Source of the DNA: Octopus sinensis
Taxonomy: Eukaryota
Direction of reading: 5' to 3'
NCBI RefSeq assembly: GCF_006345805.1
Contig: NC_042997.1
Coordinates: 73,160,001-73,224,000, forward strand
DNA length: 64,000 nt
A program made the translations under genes and the position numbers. This document shows positions 12,610 to 26,339 of this stretch, piece by piece. Position 1 is the stretch's first letter. Every line of letters starts with the position of its first letter. The notes under the pieces are model-generated. The model did not search any database, was not told where the DNA came from, and saw only the letters and a list, made by a program, of their open reading frames with translations.

Positions 12610-13649
12610 CTAAAAAAATGTGAATATGTGTGTGTGTAGTTGTGTCTTTAATAGCCAGGGATCAATTTAAGGAATTCAAAACAGCAACACACGCAATCAT
12701 ATATATACAAACATATCCATACATACACACACATACACAAATACATAGCTATCAGCCACTTCGAAAAGCCAGTTTAATCCAAAATTCTGACCACTATTCT
12801 TTATATATTTTTACACAAACACACACATATTCAGCTTTCCACCTTTATTCATTACTTTTTTTAGTCGTCTGTTACTATTCATCTGTTTTTAGTTTTTGTT
12901 TTTTTGTTTTGGAGGTTTCACTTTAGCGACACTAGTTACACATGGTACAAGTTTTTGAAAATTTGAAACAGTCATGTTTTTTTAACTGACTGTTGCAGCG
13001 ATATGAAAATATGGCTACTACTCGTTCATTTCAAATTAAACTTACCAAAGATGAGGGTCTTCCAGTACCCCATAGCGCCCACTAAGTTTCTTAACGTCCC
13101 TTAGTACCCCTCGAGCTCCAAATGGACCTCGTGGGGGAGGGGGGCATATGGTTCTGTTGAAAATCTTTGCATTACAAGAAGCGCTTATCATTGCCACACA
13201 TGTCCAAAAGAGTGTAGGACCCTAGCAGAACTGAAATGCCGCATCCGTGCTCCTCTTGTTGAAGAGAACAATCAAGTGATGGCATTGCTCGAAATCGTGT
13301 TACAGCCATCATATTTATGTATATATGCAAGTGTATATACAGTGGTTGGACAAAATAATGAAAACAATACATTTTAGTAATTAATAATTTTACATTCTAT
13401 TTGAAAGTCTATGAGGTATTTACTATTTTGATTGGTAAATTGATGAAAGCTGATCCCCTGGCGTCTTGTTGCTTAATATTTGCTTTCATATCACTTCCTA
13501 TAATTTTGACGTAGTTCTTACGAAATGAATTTGTCAGATCAGTGAGGCAGAACTGAATAACGTTTTCTTTCAATTTTAGGACAATACTCCCAATACACAA
13601 AGATCACAGCTGATTTCCATAAAAAAAACTATCATTATACAAAGTGTGA

Positions 13650-13960
13650 TGCTTCAAACATATTGAGCTACACGCCAATAAAACTTTCAGTCAACCAAAA
13701 GACGACATTAAACATCAAGGATGTAAACTTGAAATGTGCGAATGGCTTCAAATATATGGCTCCAAGGACAGAAAGTTCATATTGATATATGGATCTAAAT
13801 GGTAGACATTTGCAAAAGCAGTAGAAAGCACGCTAAATGGAATGTATACCAAGATTTTAAGGAGGCTAAAGAACATTTCTTCGGAGCAACAGTTACCGAA
13901 GCGGCGTATAGGAAGATATCAAACAACGCAGCCTTAGGTCTGTAGGTCACAGTGCTACAG
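13650..13960 (+). mobile_element. Old RTE-like LINE fragment
   Basis: Decayed LIYGSKW*TFAKAVESTLNGMYTKILRRLKNIS, typical of the RTE post-RT region. Confidence 0.5.
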
Positions 13961-13999
13961 TTACTGAAGGACACACAAACCTTGAGAAAAAGTATGTAA

Positions 14000-15290
14000 A
14001 GAAAGAAATGGTTGTTATCTTTGAATTAATGTATAGAAACATCTTTAAAAAAGATCATAGTAATCAAACAGTAAAATTAAGTTAATACATACCACGTAAA
14101 AAATTACTACGACGTACACCATAGCTACAAATGAACGCTATCACAGATTGCAGAACTATCGTGAGAAATTATAAGGGATTTTCGAAATGACCAAGACATA
14201 TACCAATTCTATAGAGAGGTTAAGGAAGATTCATCGATAGGCTACAAGAAGAGACTAAAAGAGTACTGGGATAAGAAATACCCAACATTTTCAAACTTTT
14301 CGGAGAAACAATTACGCTTTTCTACCAAACGAAATTGCTCAACCGAAATGTAAACTTTTTCTGTAAAGAGACTGTGAACGACAAGAAACATGACCAAAGC
14401 GAATACAACAACAAACCGCCGTCATTGCACGGAAATGTGGCAACTGCTTACATGTGGCAACTCGCACCAGAGTTAAGCAGAACTTCACTATTTATATACA
14501 TAAGGCACTACATAAAAGAACGAACTCGACACAAATTGGTGGAAAAAATAAAACACAGACTAGATATTATCCAAATTTGCAAGGGAACAACTTGCTCAAA
14601 TTAAAATTCCCAGCTTTTGGAAAATAAATGCCCTGCTATATTGTGCCGCAGTAATTGTACAGATGGGAGTAAAAGAGACCGATGCAAAATGGGATTACCC
14701 TTCACCAAATTAACATCAATGGACTCAGGAAAAAGATAAGATAATTGGACACTTATCCTAAAATGCAAAGCTACAAATGAACTCACGAATCGCCAGCTAC
14801 AACTGCATGATATATTCTCCAAATTGTATGAGAATTGCCGCCGAGAAATACTCACAAGCAAACTGATCACTCTCGAACGCGATCTACGCAAAAGGATAAA
14901 CCGAAAGTTTGTCCGAAACGTACACGCTGTATATTGCAGTATGAAAGGTGATGACATCAAGATAGTAAATGTTCCTTCCCAGGAGGACCGTGAGTTATTG
15001 TGGCGGGGAATCTGGGATATAAACAAAGAATACAATCTCGATGCAACATGGTTAAACGAACTACGAAATGAGTACCGTTTACATGATACATCCAGAATAT
15101 ATAATATCACTACTAAAATCACCCCGACGCCTGTTACGAAATTGCCGAATGGAAAATTCTAAGGAGAAACTCGATACTAAGCTACTGTTACAAAAGGCTC
15201 GCATTCTACAGAGGAATGTTTACATCCCAGTTAAAAGAAGAAAAAAAACACTGGACGTTGAGCTAGACATGCAAGATTAGTTGACGGTTA
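14000..15290 (+). mobile_element. R4/Dong-like LINE, region N-terminal to RT
   Basis: RINRKFVRN...PSQEDRELLWRGIWDINKEYNLDATWLNEL resembles the R4/Dong pre-RT segment. Confidence 0.6.
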
Positions 15291-15319
15291 CATGGACTAC
15301 CCTTGCTTCAAGAATAGAG

Positions 15320-17150
15320 AGATCCACATGGATAGATGCAATCATAATATCCTTGTACAAAGGAAAGGATCCGAAGCATTATGCAACAACCTTCATGATA
15401 TCCGTGTGCTTAGCCGTGGATAAGGTTCTTGTGAAGTTATTGTTTAAGAGATTATCAACCCGGGTCTGTCTATCGGTTGTCCCAGACAGTCAATGTGGGT
15501 TCAGCTCGAGTCACGGCACTATTGACATGATATCCACTGTGTGTCAATTGCAGAAGTGCTTTGAACACAAGCGTGATTGTGTGGTAAGAAGTCTCCTTCC
15601 CTACATCATCGTTCCAGGTTCAGTCCCACTGCGTAGCACCATCGGCAAGTGTCTTCTACTATAGTTTCAGGCCGACCAAAGCCTTGCGAGTGGATTTGGA
15701 AGACGGAAACTGAAAAATGCCCGTCATATGTATATGTGTGTGTGTATGTCTGTTTGCCTGTCATTGTGTCTGTGTCTGTACCCTTCTACCTCTTGATGAC
15801 AGGTGATAATATATTTACGTCCCTGTAACTCAGCAGTTCGACAAAAGAGACTAATAGAATAAGTATAAGGTTTTTAAAAAAATAAGTACTGAGGGCGATT
15901 CGTTCGGCAAAAATTCTTCATGGCAGTGTATCAGCATGGCTGCAATCTAAAGACTGAAACAATTAAAAAAATAAAAGATAGAGTTCCACAGTATCAAGTC
16001 TTTGTAGATAATACCAAGGGTTTGGGTACGATGAATCGAAATGCTTTGAGAATAATTCTTGAGAAACTTGGATGTTCCACACTGTTCGTGGATTTATTTA
16101 AGAAGTTTCACAAGCACATGAAAGGAGCAGTTACTCTTACTGGTAAACTCACTGAGCCGATCAAAAATCACTATCGTGTGAAACAAGGTGACATACCAAC
16201 ACCGTCGCTATTCTCTGTCCGCTCTGCAGTCTATCTGAGCTATGCTTTGAGGGCTGCAATATGGGAGCTTATTTGCGATTTCGGACATTTGGCAAACATT
16301 TTAACTTGTGTCGTTTTCACACTAAATCAAAAATCTTCAATACATTATCCAAGAGCTGTTGTATGCAGATTATGGTAATTTTGTTGAACACACTGAAGAA
16401 CATACGCAGGTCATAATCAATCCTTTTTCTAGGACTTGTAATGTTTACACTTCCTCTAGGTGAGGTTCGTGTTGAGCCAAACATAACAGTTGACAGTTTA
16501 CCACTGAGTTTAGTAGATAGGTTTACATTATCAGTAAAGATAGATAACTTGATACAGAAATGAATCAGTGAATTCAAAATTCTACATCAGCGTTTGGAAA
16601 ACAAGGAAAAGGTATGGGATGATCAGGGTTTCCATCTGATAACTAAAATGAAAGTGTACAGATCTTGCATACTAGTTATTATTGTATAGATCTGAGGGGT
16701 GGGCAACCTTCAGAAGGCACACAAAATGGCTTGAAAGATTTCATCGAAACTCTTTTGAACATAATTTAGGGAGTTAAGTGGAGAACCGGTGGTGAAAGAA
16801 TTGAGATGATTGTCTAAATGCTTTGGATTAGTCATGTCCTTAGGACGGACGATAATAGGTTACCCGAGAGATTGCTTTATGGAAAGCTTTCAAATGAAAA
16901 GAGGCCACGTCATAAACCAATGGAGCGATTCAAAAATGTGGTTAAGGATAACTTGAAGATCCTGGATATGGACATTAGAAACTGGGAATCCTGAGCAAAG
17001 ACAAGAACAGGACGGCATAGTATTATTGAAAACGGTAGTGAGACGTTTGAATCAAAGCTTAATGAAGATTTAGAGCTCAAAAGATCCTTGCTAAAGGGAG
17101 TAGACAGAGAGATTCCAGAGAACAACTCAAAGTTTATGTGTGCAACAGAG
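15320..17150 (+). mobile_element. RTE-clade LINE RT fragment, split by a SINE
   Basis: WIDAIIISLYKGK, PDSQCGFSSSHGTIDMI, ILEKLGC, RVKQGDI. 3' part has RLPERLLYGKL. Confidence 0.8.
15572..15980 (+). mobile_element. Full-length SINE family A inserted in the RTE
   Basis: gtgtggtaagaag...ggttcagtcccactgcgtagcaccatcggcaagtgtcttctactatag...cagcatggctgcaatctaaagactgaaac followed by an A-rich tail. Confidence 0.85.
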
Positions 17151-17352
17151 TAATGCTTTCTAGAGCTGGTTTCTTTAATCATCAAAAAGCGCATGTAGTA
17201 AGAACCCCCGGTTCGAAAGCGCTTACAAAAGCGAGCTACAACACCCAACAACAAAACTCATTCCAGAACACACGCTACTTGTAAACTATCTATCCTTCTA
17301 TTTACCTACCGAACTATTTATATTGCCATGTATCAGTCCCTCTATCCATCCC

Positions 17353-17354
<2 letters not shown>

Positions 17355-17451
<97 letters not shown>

Positions 17452-17485
17452 GTCTATCTATGTATCTATCTATCTATCTATCTAT
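17355..17485 (+). repeat. (TATC)n microsatellite
   Basis: Long tatc run; similar runs near 27755-27855 and 39152-39235. Confidence 0.95.
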
Positions 17486-17791
17486 CGATCGATCGATCAC
17501 TCAATCTATCTGTCTGTCTATCTTGTTATCGACCCATTTGTCAGTCTGCCTATACATCTTATATCCACAAATTTTAAATTTAAAGCTTCAAAAATTTTTC
17601 TTTAAACCTTTAAAACTTTTAAAACTTTTAAATTCACTAAAGCTTTTATATCCTTAGGCTTAAAAAATTATTTCCATCAACTTTTTAGAGAAAAGTAAAC
17701 TTCAACTCTACTACTTTTATTGTATTCTTTATTGTTTTATTTTATTTAATTTTATCTTTATCTTATTTCTCCTCATCTTCCTCCTTACCTA

Positions 17792-19079
17792 CGAGGGGTG
17801 TATGAAAAGTTTTGAGCCTAACCTAGAAACGAGGCTGCTAGGTAACTGAAACAATTTTTTTCTGGTAAGTACAGTCTTTTCGGAGTATTCTTACTCATTT
17901 TTATGATTCTGATATTTTAATTATTTTGTTGCAGATTTTTAAATAAACAAGTGTCGAGTTTACATGGAAAATGGAGAAAACTGAGTATTGTGCTGTCATA
18001 AAGTACCTTCATTTGAAAGGCATGACTCCATCAGAAATCCATGAAGATATGGTGAGAACCTTAACAGACAATGCTCCTTCATATGCAACAGTCAAACGCT
18101 GGATAAAGGAATTCCAGCGTGACGGGGAGAGTGTGAAAGATGATCCCACACCAGGGAGGCCTCCAACTACAACCACCAACTACAACATTGACTTTACTCT
18201 TGGTATGGTAATGCAAGATCGTCAAATATCATGTCGCCAGATAACTGAGAAACTGGGCATCTCAAATGAAAGAGCAGACAACATTGTAACAAAAGAACTT
18301 GGGTTCTCAAAGGTTTCTGCAAGGTGGGTCCTTTGCCTTTTGACTTCTGAACAGAAACGCACCAGGTGCACTTTGTCCACGAGCAATCTGGAACTGTTTG
18401 AAGCCGATGAAAAGAATTTTCTTGCTCGTTTTATTATTATGGACGAAAGTTGGGTTCATCACTACCAGCCTGAAACCAAAGGACAATCAAAGCAGTGGAA
18501 GCATACATCTCCTACCCCAAAGAAGGCCAGGTCATTCCTTCAGCTAGCAAGGTCATGGCGTCAGTATTTTTGGATTCTCAAGCTGTATTGCTGATCGATT
18601 ACCTTGAAAAGGGTCGCACCGTGACAGGGCTGTATTATTCTCAGCTACTGTAATGCCTCCAGGAAGCAATCAAAGAAAAAAGGCCAAGAATGCTCACCAG
18701 AGGAGTCCATTTTCATCACGACAATGCTCTAGACTATACCTCAGTGGTTACCATGGCAACAATTCGTGATTGAGGATACGAACATGTTCCCCATCTGCCT
18801 TATTCGCATGACTTAGCCCCCTCTAACTTTCATCTATTCCCCAAAATGAAAACAGCCCTGGCTGGTTGCCATTTTGCCACTGACAATGACATCATAGACA
18901 CTGTAGGATGTTTCCTAGAGCCTCAAACAAAAGAGTCCCCTATGCCGGGATAATGGCACTTCAGCACCGCTGGAGAATGTGTTCAGCCATCAAAGGGGAC
19001 AATGTTGAAAAATAAATCATCAGAGGTCTTGTACTATGTTTTGTTTTTTTGAGGCTCAAGACTTTTCAGACACCACTCG
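17792..19079 (+). mobile_element. Full-length mariner transposon, transposase pseudogene (1288 bp)
   Basis: TA-flanked TIRs cgaggggtgtatgaaaagttttgagcct / aggctcaagacttttcagacaccactcg. ORF 17971.. with HTH, SARWV, MDESWVHHY, then frameshifted HDNA and PYSHDLAPSNFHLF. Confidence 0.95.
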
Positions 19080-19094
19080 TATCCTACAAACAGT

Positions 19095-19326
19095 TATCTT
19101 ACTATATACATCAGAACGCCATGATGGACCGTTAGCTCCTACACGCATTTTTTTCTCTCCTTGTTTCTTTTCTGTGTATCTTTCTGTCGAAGAGCGTAGG
19201 CTCAAAACGTAAAAGACTTGTTCTATTTCTATTCCTGAGCGCCATACTAATACATTTGTTTGTTTGTACTCCACCTGCCTTCATCTTTTGTTCATTTTCG
19301 TAAACCTTCCCATTATATATATATAT

Positions 19327-19389
<63 letters not shown>

Positions 19390-19650
19390 CGTACACACAC
19401 ACACTCATTCTCTCTCTCTCTCTCTCACACGCACACACACACCGCCATGATAGATCGCTAGCTACTAAACTGTTTTCTATTTTCTCTCCCTGTTTATTTC
19501 TGTGTTCCTTTCTGTCGAAGAGCGTAGGCTCGAAACGTAAAATACTTTCTCACTTCCCGAGCATTAAGCTTATCCATCTGTTTGTTGTTTACACACCCGT
19601 CTTCGACTTTTGTTTTTGATTTTGTTTTTTTTGTAAATTCTCATTATATA
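19095..19650 (+). repeat. Two diverged copies of a short repeat with an HHR-like motif (CUGUCGA core)
   Basis: cttt-CTGTCGA-a-gagc gtag gctc-(G/A)AAA-cg-TA-aaa at 19179-19216 and 19509-19542. Confidence 0.65.
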
Positions 19651-20139
19651 TGTATACATTGTTTCAGAATTAGAAACTGTAGTAAAATAAGAAAATAATA
19701 AAGTCAACCGTACTTTTGATAGGGATTGACAGAGCGTGCTCATAAAATAAATATTAACACAAACATACCATCTCTTCGCATTATTGCCCCCAGAAATGCT
19801 TTCACTTATAACACATGAGAATAATGATTAGCTGTTTTTAGAAACCGCCTTCTTATCACTCTGGAATAGTTAATATCATTAATAAAATGGTTAAAAACTA
19901 TTAGATATACGCACGCATAATTTGACAAAATATCCTTAATATAGTGCCATGCATAAATGAAACAAAATTCAGGTGTTTACCTGAAACATTACCATCTTAT
20001 ATAAAAAAAATTCAATTTATTCTCATTGTTATTCTAGGATACAAATATGTTTTTAGCTCATAAAAATTTCATCTCCCGCTTTCATGGGTTGAGCATACAG
20101 ATATTTCCATTAAACAATGCAACAATTACAAACCTGCAA

Positions 20140-20171
20140 ATTAAATAACTACACACACACATACACTCACT

Positions 20172-20222
<51 letters not shown>

Positions 20223-20310
20223 ACACATACACACAAACACACACACACACACACTCACACATATGTGTATGTATGTATATTTATGTACATATGTATATAA
20301 TATATGTATG

Positions 20311-20397
<87 letters not shown>

Positions 20398-20680
20398 GTA
20401 TGTATATATATAGTTAATCCAAACATGAACAAAGAGAAAACACAACAACGCGAGGACGTGGAACAAGTATAGTGTTATTGGAACGCTCAGGAAAGGAAAG
20501 AAGGAGGATTTAACTTTCCGTGCGGAGCTCTTCGTCAGAAACATATATACACACGCACAGCACGCACACACACACACACATACACACACATACACACAAA
20601 CACACACACACACACTCACACATATGTGTATGTATGTATATTATGTACTAGTATATATATATGTATGTATATATTATATA

Positions 20681-20732
<52 letters not shown>

Positions 20733-20931
20733 ATATATATGTATGTATGTATGTATGTATATATATAGTTAATCCAAACATGAACAAAGAGAAAACACAA
20801 CAACGCGAGGACGTGGAACAAGTATAGTGTTATTGGAACGCTCAGGAAAGGAAAGAAAGGAGGATTTAACTTTCCGTGCGGAGCTCTTCGTCAGAAACAT
20901 ATATACACACGCACACGCACGCACACACACA

Positions 20932-20990
<59 letters not shown>
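20140..20990 (-). repeat. ~356-bp direct duplication; each copy has a degenerate HHR-like motif
   Basis: 20411-20560 repeated at 20766-20915. Minus strand ttt-CTGACGA-a-gagc..gcac-g-GAAA-g-TT-aaa at 20509-20541 and 20865-20897. Confidence 0.75.
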
Positions 20991-20991
<1 letters not shown>

Positions 20992-21064
20992 ATACTCATA
21001 TATATATAACAATATAATATTTATTCCTAAATAATTTAACATTCAGCTGGTACCTCCATTCATG

Positions 21065-21130
21065 ACTACTTTCACCGCGATAGGTGAACCGTGATAGGCG
21101 AACCGCGATATGGGGAGGGATTACTGTGCA
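21065..21130. mobile_element. pogo/Tigger-like terminal inverted repeat remnant
   Basis: Reverse complement cagtaatccctccccatatcgcggttcgcctatcacggttcacctatcgcgg, with subterminal repeats. Confidence 0.45.
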
Positions 21131-21134
21131 CGCA

Positions 21135-21442
21135 ACAGATTAGACTATTGGAAAAGTAAAGAATCCTAACATCGGGATACAACAACTAGCCTTAGATGCC
21201 AAGAACCCACCTAAGTATTCTAGCTGTCCCTAATAATACCGTTTTCTGGTGCTGTACTAAACTACATTTTATGCTTATCTATATGTTTAGATCTCTAGGG
21301 ATAGTTCCAAATGCACCTATAACTACTGCCATACATTTTACCCGCACGTTCCATAGTCTCTGTAAATCAATAGCTAGGCCCTGGTACTTTCCTATTGTGT
21401 TTATCATTTGGGACTGTAAAGTCAATTATCTGGCACTTTCTA

Positions 21443-21521
<79 letters not shown>

Positions 21522-23165
21522 GCCACCAAATCATTCTTTCTAGTATTTTACTAAGTTCATGTTCATACCATTTATCAGTATGTTCAAATCCTAGCTTTCT
21601 ACATAGCTCCTAGTGGATTACTCACCTTAGATTGTCCTGTCTTTCTGTGCCAGCATGATACATTCACTTACATTATGAGTAACGGTTTCCTCTTTTAATT
21701 TGCATAATCTGCATTAGGAATCTATTTGGTTTTTGTTTATCTTGGCTTTTATCCAATTAGGCCTTAATGCTTGATCTTATGCAATTACTAACAAACTTTC
21801 TGTCTCCCTCCTCAGCTTATCTTTCTGCAACCATAACCATGTCTCTCTACAACTATTTTCTGAAACTATCTTTTGGAATCTACCATGCAACGCCTTCTCC
21901 TGCCAGTCAGATAATTTCTGTTTTTTCGTTCTGTTTTTTTTAACTTCGTTTGGGTTTTTTGTTTCCCTATGTCCTGTTGTGATACTAGCAACTTTTAATA
22001 AACTTTCTTCACTATTACCTACATAGGAGTCTATATCTACTCTAGCTAACTCAACTGATATTAACGCTCTTCTGCCTTCCTTTCTAGGAAGGTATAATCT
22101 TGCTACTCCTGTCCTTGGGTGGAACCCTCTATTCATATTGAATTCCTTCCTAATTCTCCTGTCTAGCTTTGCTAATTCAGTTTTTGTCCAATCTACAAAA
22201 GATGATTCTTATCTAAGTAATGATTCTGCCCAAATATTTACAGCCTTCACTAGATTCGGACCATTTAGATTTGAATTCATTAGCTTCCTCACCCTCCTGA
22301 TGTACTCTTCAATTTCGTTTTCATTTCTGTAGTTAGTACCCTGTCGAATTCCAATACTCCCAGATAATTATAACTCTTTCATCCTTTCAATGATTTTAGT
22401 GTCTGACCTTCTGGTAACTGGATGCCTTCGCTGTTGACTACATGTCCCCTTCTCATGACTAATATTGCACACTTATCTATGCCAAATTCCATACTTTGCT
22501 GACGAGTCTTACAATAAGTATTAAGGAATATATCTCTTTTGTATTCTTACTAAAAAGCTTCAGATCATCCATGTAGAGCAAATGATTAATTTTTCTCTTA
22601 CTATTTCTGAACTCATAGCCTGCTTTTTCTTTCATTAATATTAAACTGAGGGGGATCAAATATAAGACAAATATTAAAGAGGAAAACGCGTCCCTCTGGA
22701 AAATTCCTCTCTTGATAATAACCTTCCCTAAGAGTGTGTCACTTAAGTATAGATTTACTTTCCATTTCTCCATACTACAGCTAATTAAATCTCTTATGTT
22801 GTCTGAAATACTGAATATACTCAAACATTCATTTATCCATAAGTGTGGGATCATGTCATAGGATTTCCTACAATCTATCCATGCTAGTGTTAGATTTTGC
22901 TTTCTAGCTTTTACTTCATTTATAACTGCTTTGTCTATGTATAATAGATCATGTGTTCCTCTAGCATACTTCCTGCAATCATTCGGTTTTTCTGGCAGTA
23001 AATTCTAGTTGTCAAGGTGCTCGTAAATGTTTTCTGAAAGCATTCCTGTTAACAGCTTCCACACTAATGGTAACCTAGCTGTATTACCCTTGCTCTTATC
23101 TTTCATGATGAGTACTGTCCCCCCTCTTGTCATCCAATCTTGTATTATTCCTCCATTAAGTCAAT
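21135..23165 (-). mobile_element. R4/Dong-like LINE (RT + restriction-like endonuclease), degraded
   Basis: IPHLWINECL, IKRGIFQRDAFS, INHLLYMDDLKLF, FHPRTGVARLYLPRKEGRR, WQEKALHGRF, ETESLLVIA, C-terminal QKTVLLGTARILR. Internal (TAC)n at 21444-21520. Confidence 0.88.
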
Positions 23166-23199
23166 CATTTATCATTATGATTATCATTATATGAAACGT

Positions 23200-24560
23200 C
23201 ATAGCTTATTGTGCTGGGTATGATGGAAAGTGTCAGCTGCCCACAGCCAGCAGACTAAGGTGATACTTGTTTAGTGGTTATACTTCAAGGATCCTGCGAA
23301 AAATTCTTGCAGTTTCAAGCAATGCTGATTTTTGTAAATGTTCTACATTCACACTTGCACCAATATTTTCAGCCACATTGGAAGTTGAATGCAGATACTT
23401 CCAAGTGCACTAATTACTATTGATATCACGTCTACTCTCCCTATTGACCACAACCTTCGTATTTCCCACTTCAAATCGTCATAGTTGTTCATTTTTTCTT
23501 CTTTCACTTTGATCCAGTTGTCACCGGGGCATGCTATGTCGATTATCATGCATGTTCTTTCGTTTTTATTAATCACAACAATGTCTGGTAGGGTGATCAC
23601 ACTGGACCAATGCATCCCACAAGACTTTGCAATTCTCATTTTCGGTGACTCCTTCTGGAGTTTGCTCATACCGTGTCTTTGCTCTTTATCATAGCTTCTT
23701 TTGAATTCGCGTTGTGCCTATTTCGGGAATTCGCTAACGATGTACAATACAGATACAGGTCCCCTGCATCTATCTTGGCATTTACATTTTTTGCAAACTG
23801 ACCGTACATTTTCTTTTCCTTCCATGCCTTTTCTTTTTTTTTTCTGGTTCATTTCTTGTTTAAATTTTTCTTTAGTTACACAATTTTCATTGTGGATGAC
23901 GCCGGCCTTCTTTGTGTATTTCAACAGTGGCTCCACGGCATTTTTTATATACCATCCTCGGCTGTTTTCCTCTGCTTCGATACAGCCCTGGAAAGTGATT
24001 AAACCTCTCCTACCCTTTTGTCTGGACACAAGTACAACATATCGGTGCCACTCTTAGGGTGGAAGGCTTCGTGTGCTGTCAATATTTTTTCTGGTCTTGG
24101 TATCCATTTGCTACATTTCTCTCTTTTGCCATTTTATAATTCCCGTTCCATACCGACGTGATGCTACCGCCTATGTATTAACTTCTTCGATTTTATTCCA
24201 TCCATTCTAGTATTGTTACTAAAACAGTGGACCATGGAACTCACATGAATCTCATCTTTGCCATACTATTTCAAATCATCCATGAAGAGGAGGTGGCTGA
24301 TGGTTTAGAATTTTTCTTTAGTTGGTACCCCAGGTTTATTTTTCTAAGTACAAAGGTCAGGTGTATCATGGGTATCATGCAGAGAACAAAAAAACAACAG
24401 AGATAGGCTATGACCCTGGAAAATCCCTCTTCTGATATTCAGGGTGCCCAAGCTTTTTCTGTAAGACGTCAGTTCAGTTTTCCATACCACCATATGCTGT
24501 CTTCAGGAAACACGTTACATTCCTCGTAATTCCAAACAGCTCTAAGCACTTGATGATCTA
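23200..24560 (-). mobile_element. Second R4/Dong-like LINE fragment
   Basis: PDIVVINKNERTCMIIDIACPGD...YDDLKWEIRRLW (RLE) and SRQKGRRGL. Confidence 0.85.
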
Positions 24561-24612
24561 ATTATCATTATCATCATCACCACCATCACCACACCACCAC
24601 CACCACCACCGC

Positions 24613-24689
<77 letters not shown>

Positions 24690-24690
<1 letters not shown>

Positions 24691-25330
24691 TATTCAGTAG
24701 TTTTATTCTTATAGCGTGCTTTCACTTCACTACCGAGCGCAGCTCTGTGTGCCTTGGGTATGTGCTGTGATTTGTTGTGATGCTTTGATGGTTACTGTAT
24801 TGAAAGTGTTTTGCGTAGGATGTGTGCAGTGCCCAGTAGTGCAATTTTCTGTATGTTATATGTGTTTGTAAGTCCTGGTGTTTTTGTTATGTATTTGTCG
24901 GAATATTTTTTATCATACCTAATGCGCCTACTATGATAGGAATTGCTTCTGTTTTCAGATTCCACATTCGAGTTACCTCTATTTCCAGGTCTTTGTATTT
25001 TGAAAGTTTCTCCATTTCTTTTGTCATCTGTTGGTATTGATACATCAACTGGAAAGCATTTTTTTCTTCATGATCTCTGACAACCATATCTGGCCTGTTG
25101 GCCTTAATTTCTCTATCTGTGTGTATTGGCCTATCTCAGAGTATGGTTGCTTTCTCGTTTTCTGTGACCTTTTCTGGTGTGTGCCTATACCATCTTTTTT
25201 CTGTTGTTATTCCATAATGTTGGCATAGCTTCCAGTGTATGTAGGTCCCAACTCTGTCGTGTGTGTGAATACATTCCTTCTTAGCCAGGACTGGGTAGCC
25301 AGAGATAATATGATTTATTTTTTCTTGATT
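24690..25330 (-). mobile_element. R4/Dong-like LINE 3' end between (CAT)n and (CTT)n/(ATT)n tracts
   Basis: INHIISGYPVLAKKE..HDRVGTYIHWKLC and EKLSKYKDLEIEVTRMWNLKTEAIPIIVGALG. Confidence 0.88.
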
Positions 25331-25395
25331 CTTCTTCTTCTTCTTCTTCTTCTTCTTCTTCTTCTTCTTCTTCTTCTTCTTCTTCTTCTTCTTCA

Positions 25396-25484
<89 letters not shown>

Positions 25485-25877
25485 TATTATTGTGTGTGTA
25501 TGCCTGCTTAATGGTCTTTCTTTGTCACACTCTTTCGTAATCTATATGTACTCAAATATGAATGTGTCCTACAGTTTCACTCTCTCTAAATACAAAATTC
25601 TGTTGTTTTCTTCTTGCCTCCACCCCCCACTGATCCTCGAAGGTGCTAGAAAATGAGGTAAATATACTCTTGTGTGAAAGACCGCTCTTTATTAGTTAAT
25701 AATTAAGGGGAAACTATGTATGATCAAAGAAATCAACCAAATCATATCACTACCATTTTAGCAGAATATATGAATACATGTATAATTGTATATTTTACTT
25801 TCTGGCTGCAATTTCAAACATAATATATATTATGTTGTCTTTGCATATACATAGATTAAATTGCATTTACACGCACC

Positions 25878-25985
25878 GATAAACTCAACTGTATGTTTGT
25901 GGGTGTACGTGATAAACTCATATGTGTATGTTTGTTTGTGTACGTGATAAACTCATATGTGTATGTTTGTGTGTGTACGTGAGTG
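25878..25985 (+). repeat. ~35-bp minisatellite, 3 copies
   Basis: gataaactcatatgtgtatgtttgtgtgtgtacgt repeated. Confidence 0.8.
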
Positions 25986-26339
25986 ATTGTGCGTGAGTGA
26001 ATGTTTGTGTGAGCTCATGAGTATATGCGTGTGTGCGCGAGCACACGTGTGTGCTAGTACAAAAGATGTATATACGTTCATTTATGTATACATGAATTAC
26101 ATATTGTCACTTGATTTTTCCTCCTCCTTTGTCACATTGCATAATAGACCTTTCTGAGTGCACATATGCAAAGTTAGAGAAAAATATGTACGTGTATATA
26201 TATGAGTGTGTGTGTATATATACACACACATACACACAAACGCATATACACACCCATATATATATACACACACGCATATACACTCACACAGTCACGCGCG
26301 CGCACACACGCACACACACATATGAACCATTGTGTATTG

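Noticed and set aside
13060-13400. hAT-like and Tc1-like terminal sequences
   Set aside because: Only single ends are visible, with no partner TIR or TSD.
17190-17230. gaacc/ggttc-GAAA-gcgc-TT half hammerhead
   Set aside because: The CUGANGA box is missing.
19770-19860. Possible minus-strand exon ending at a gtatgt donor
   Set aside because: The best CAG acceptor gives stops in all frames, and the alternative AAG acceptor is weak.
25878-25985. ~35-bp repeats resembling a CRISPR array
   Set aside because: No unique spacers and a eukaryotic context; it is a minisatellite.
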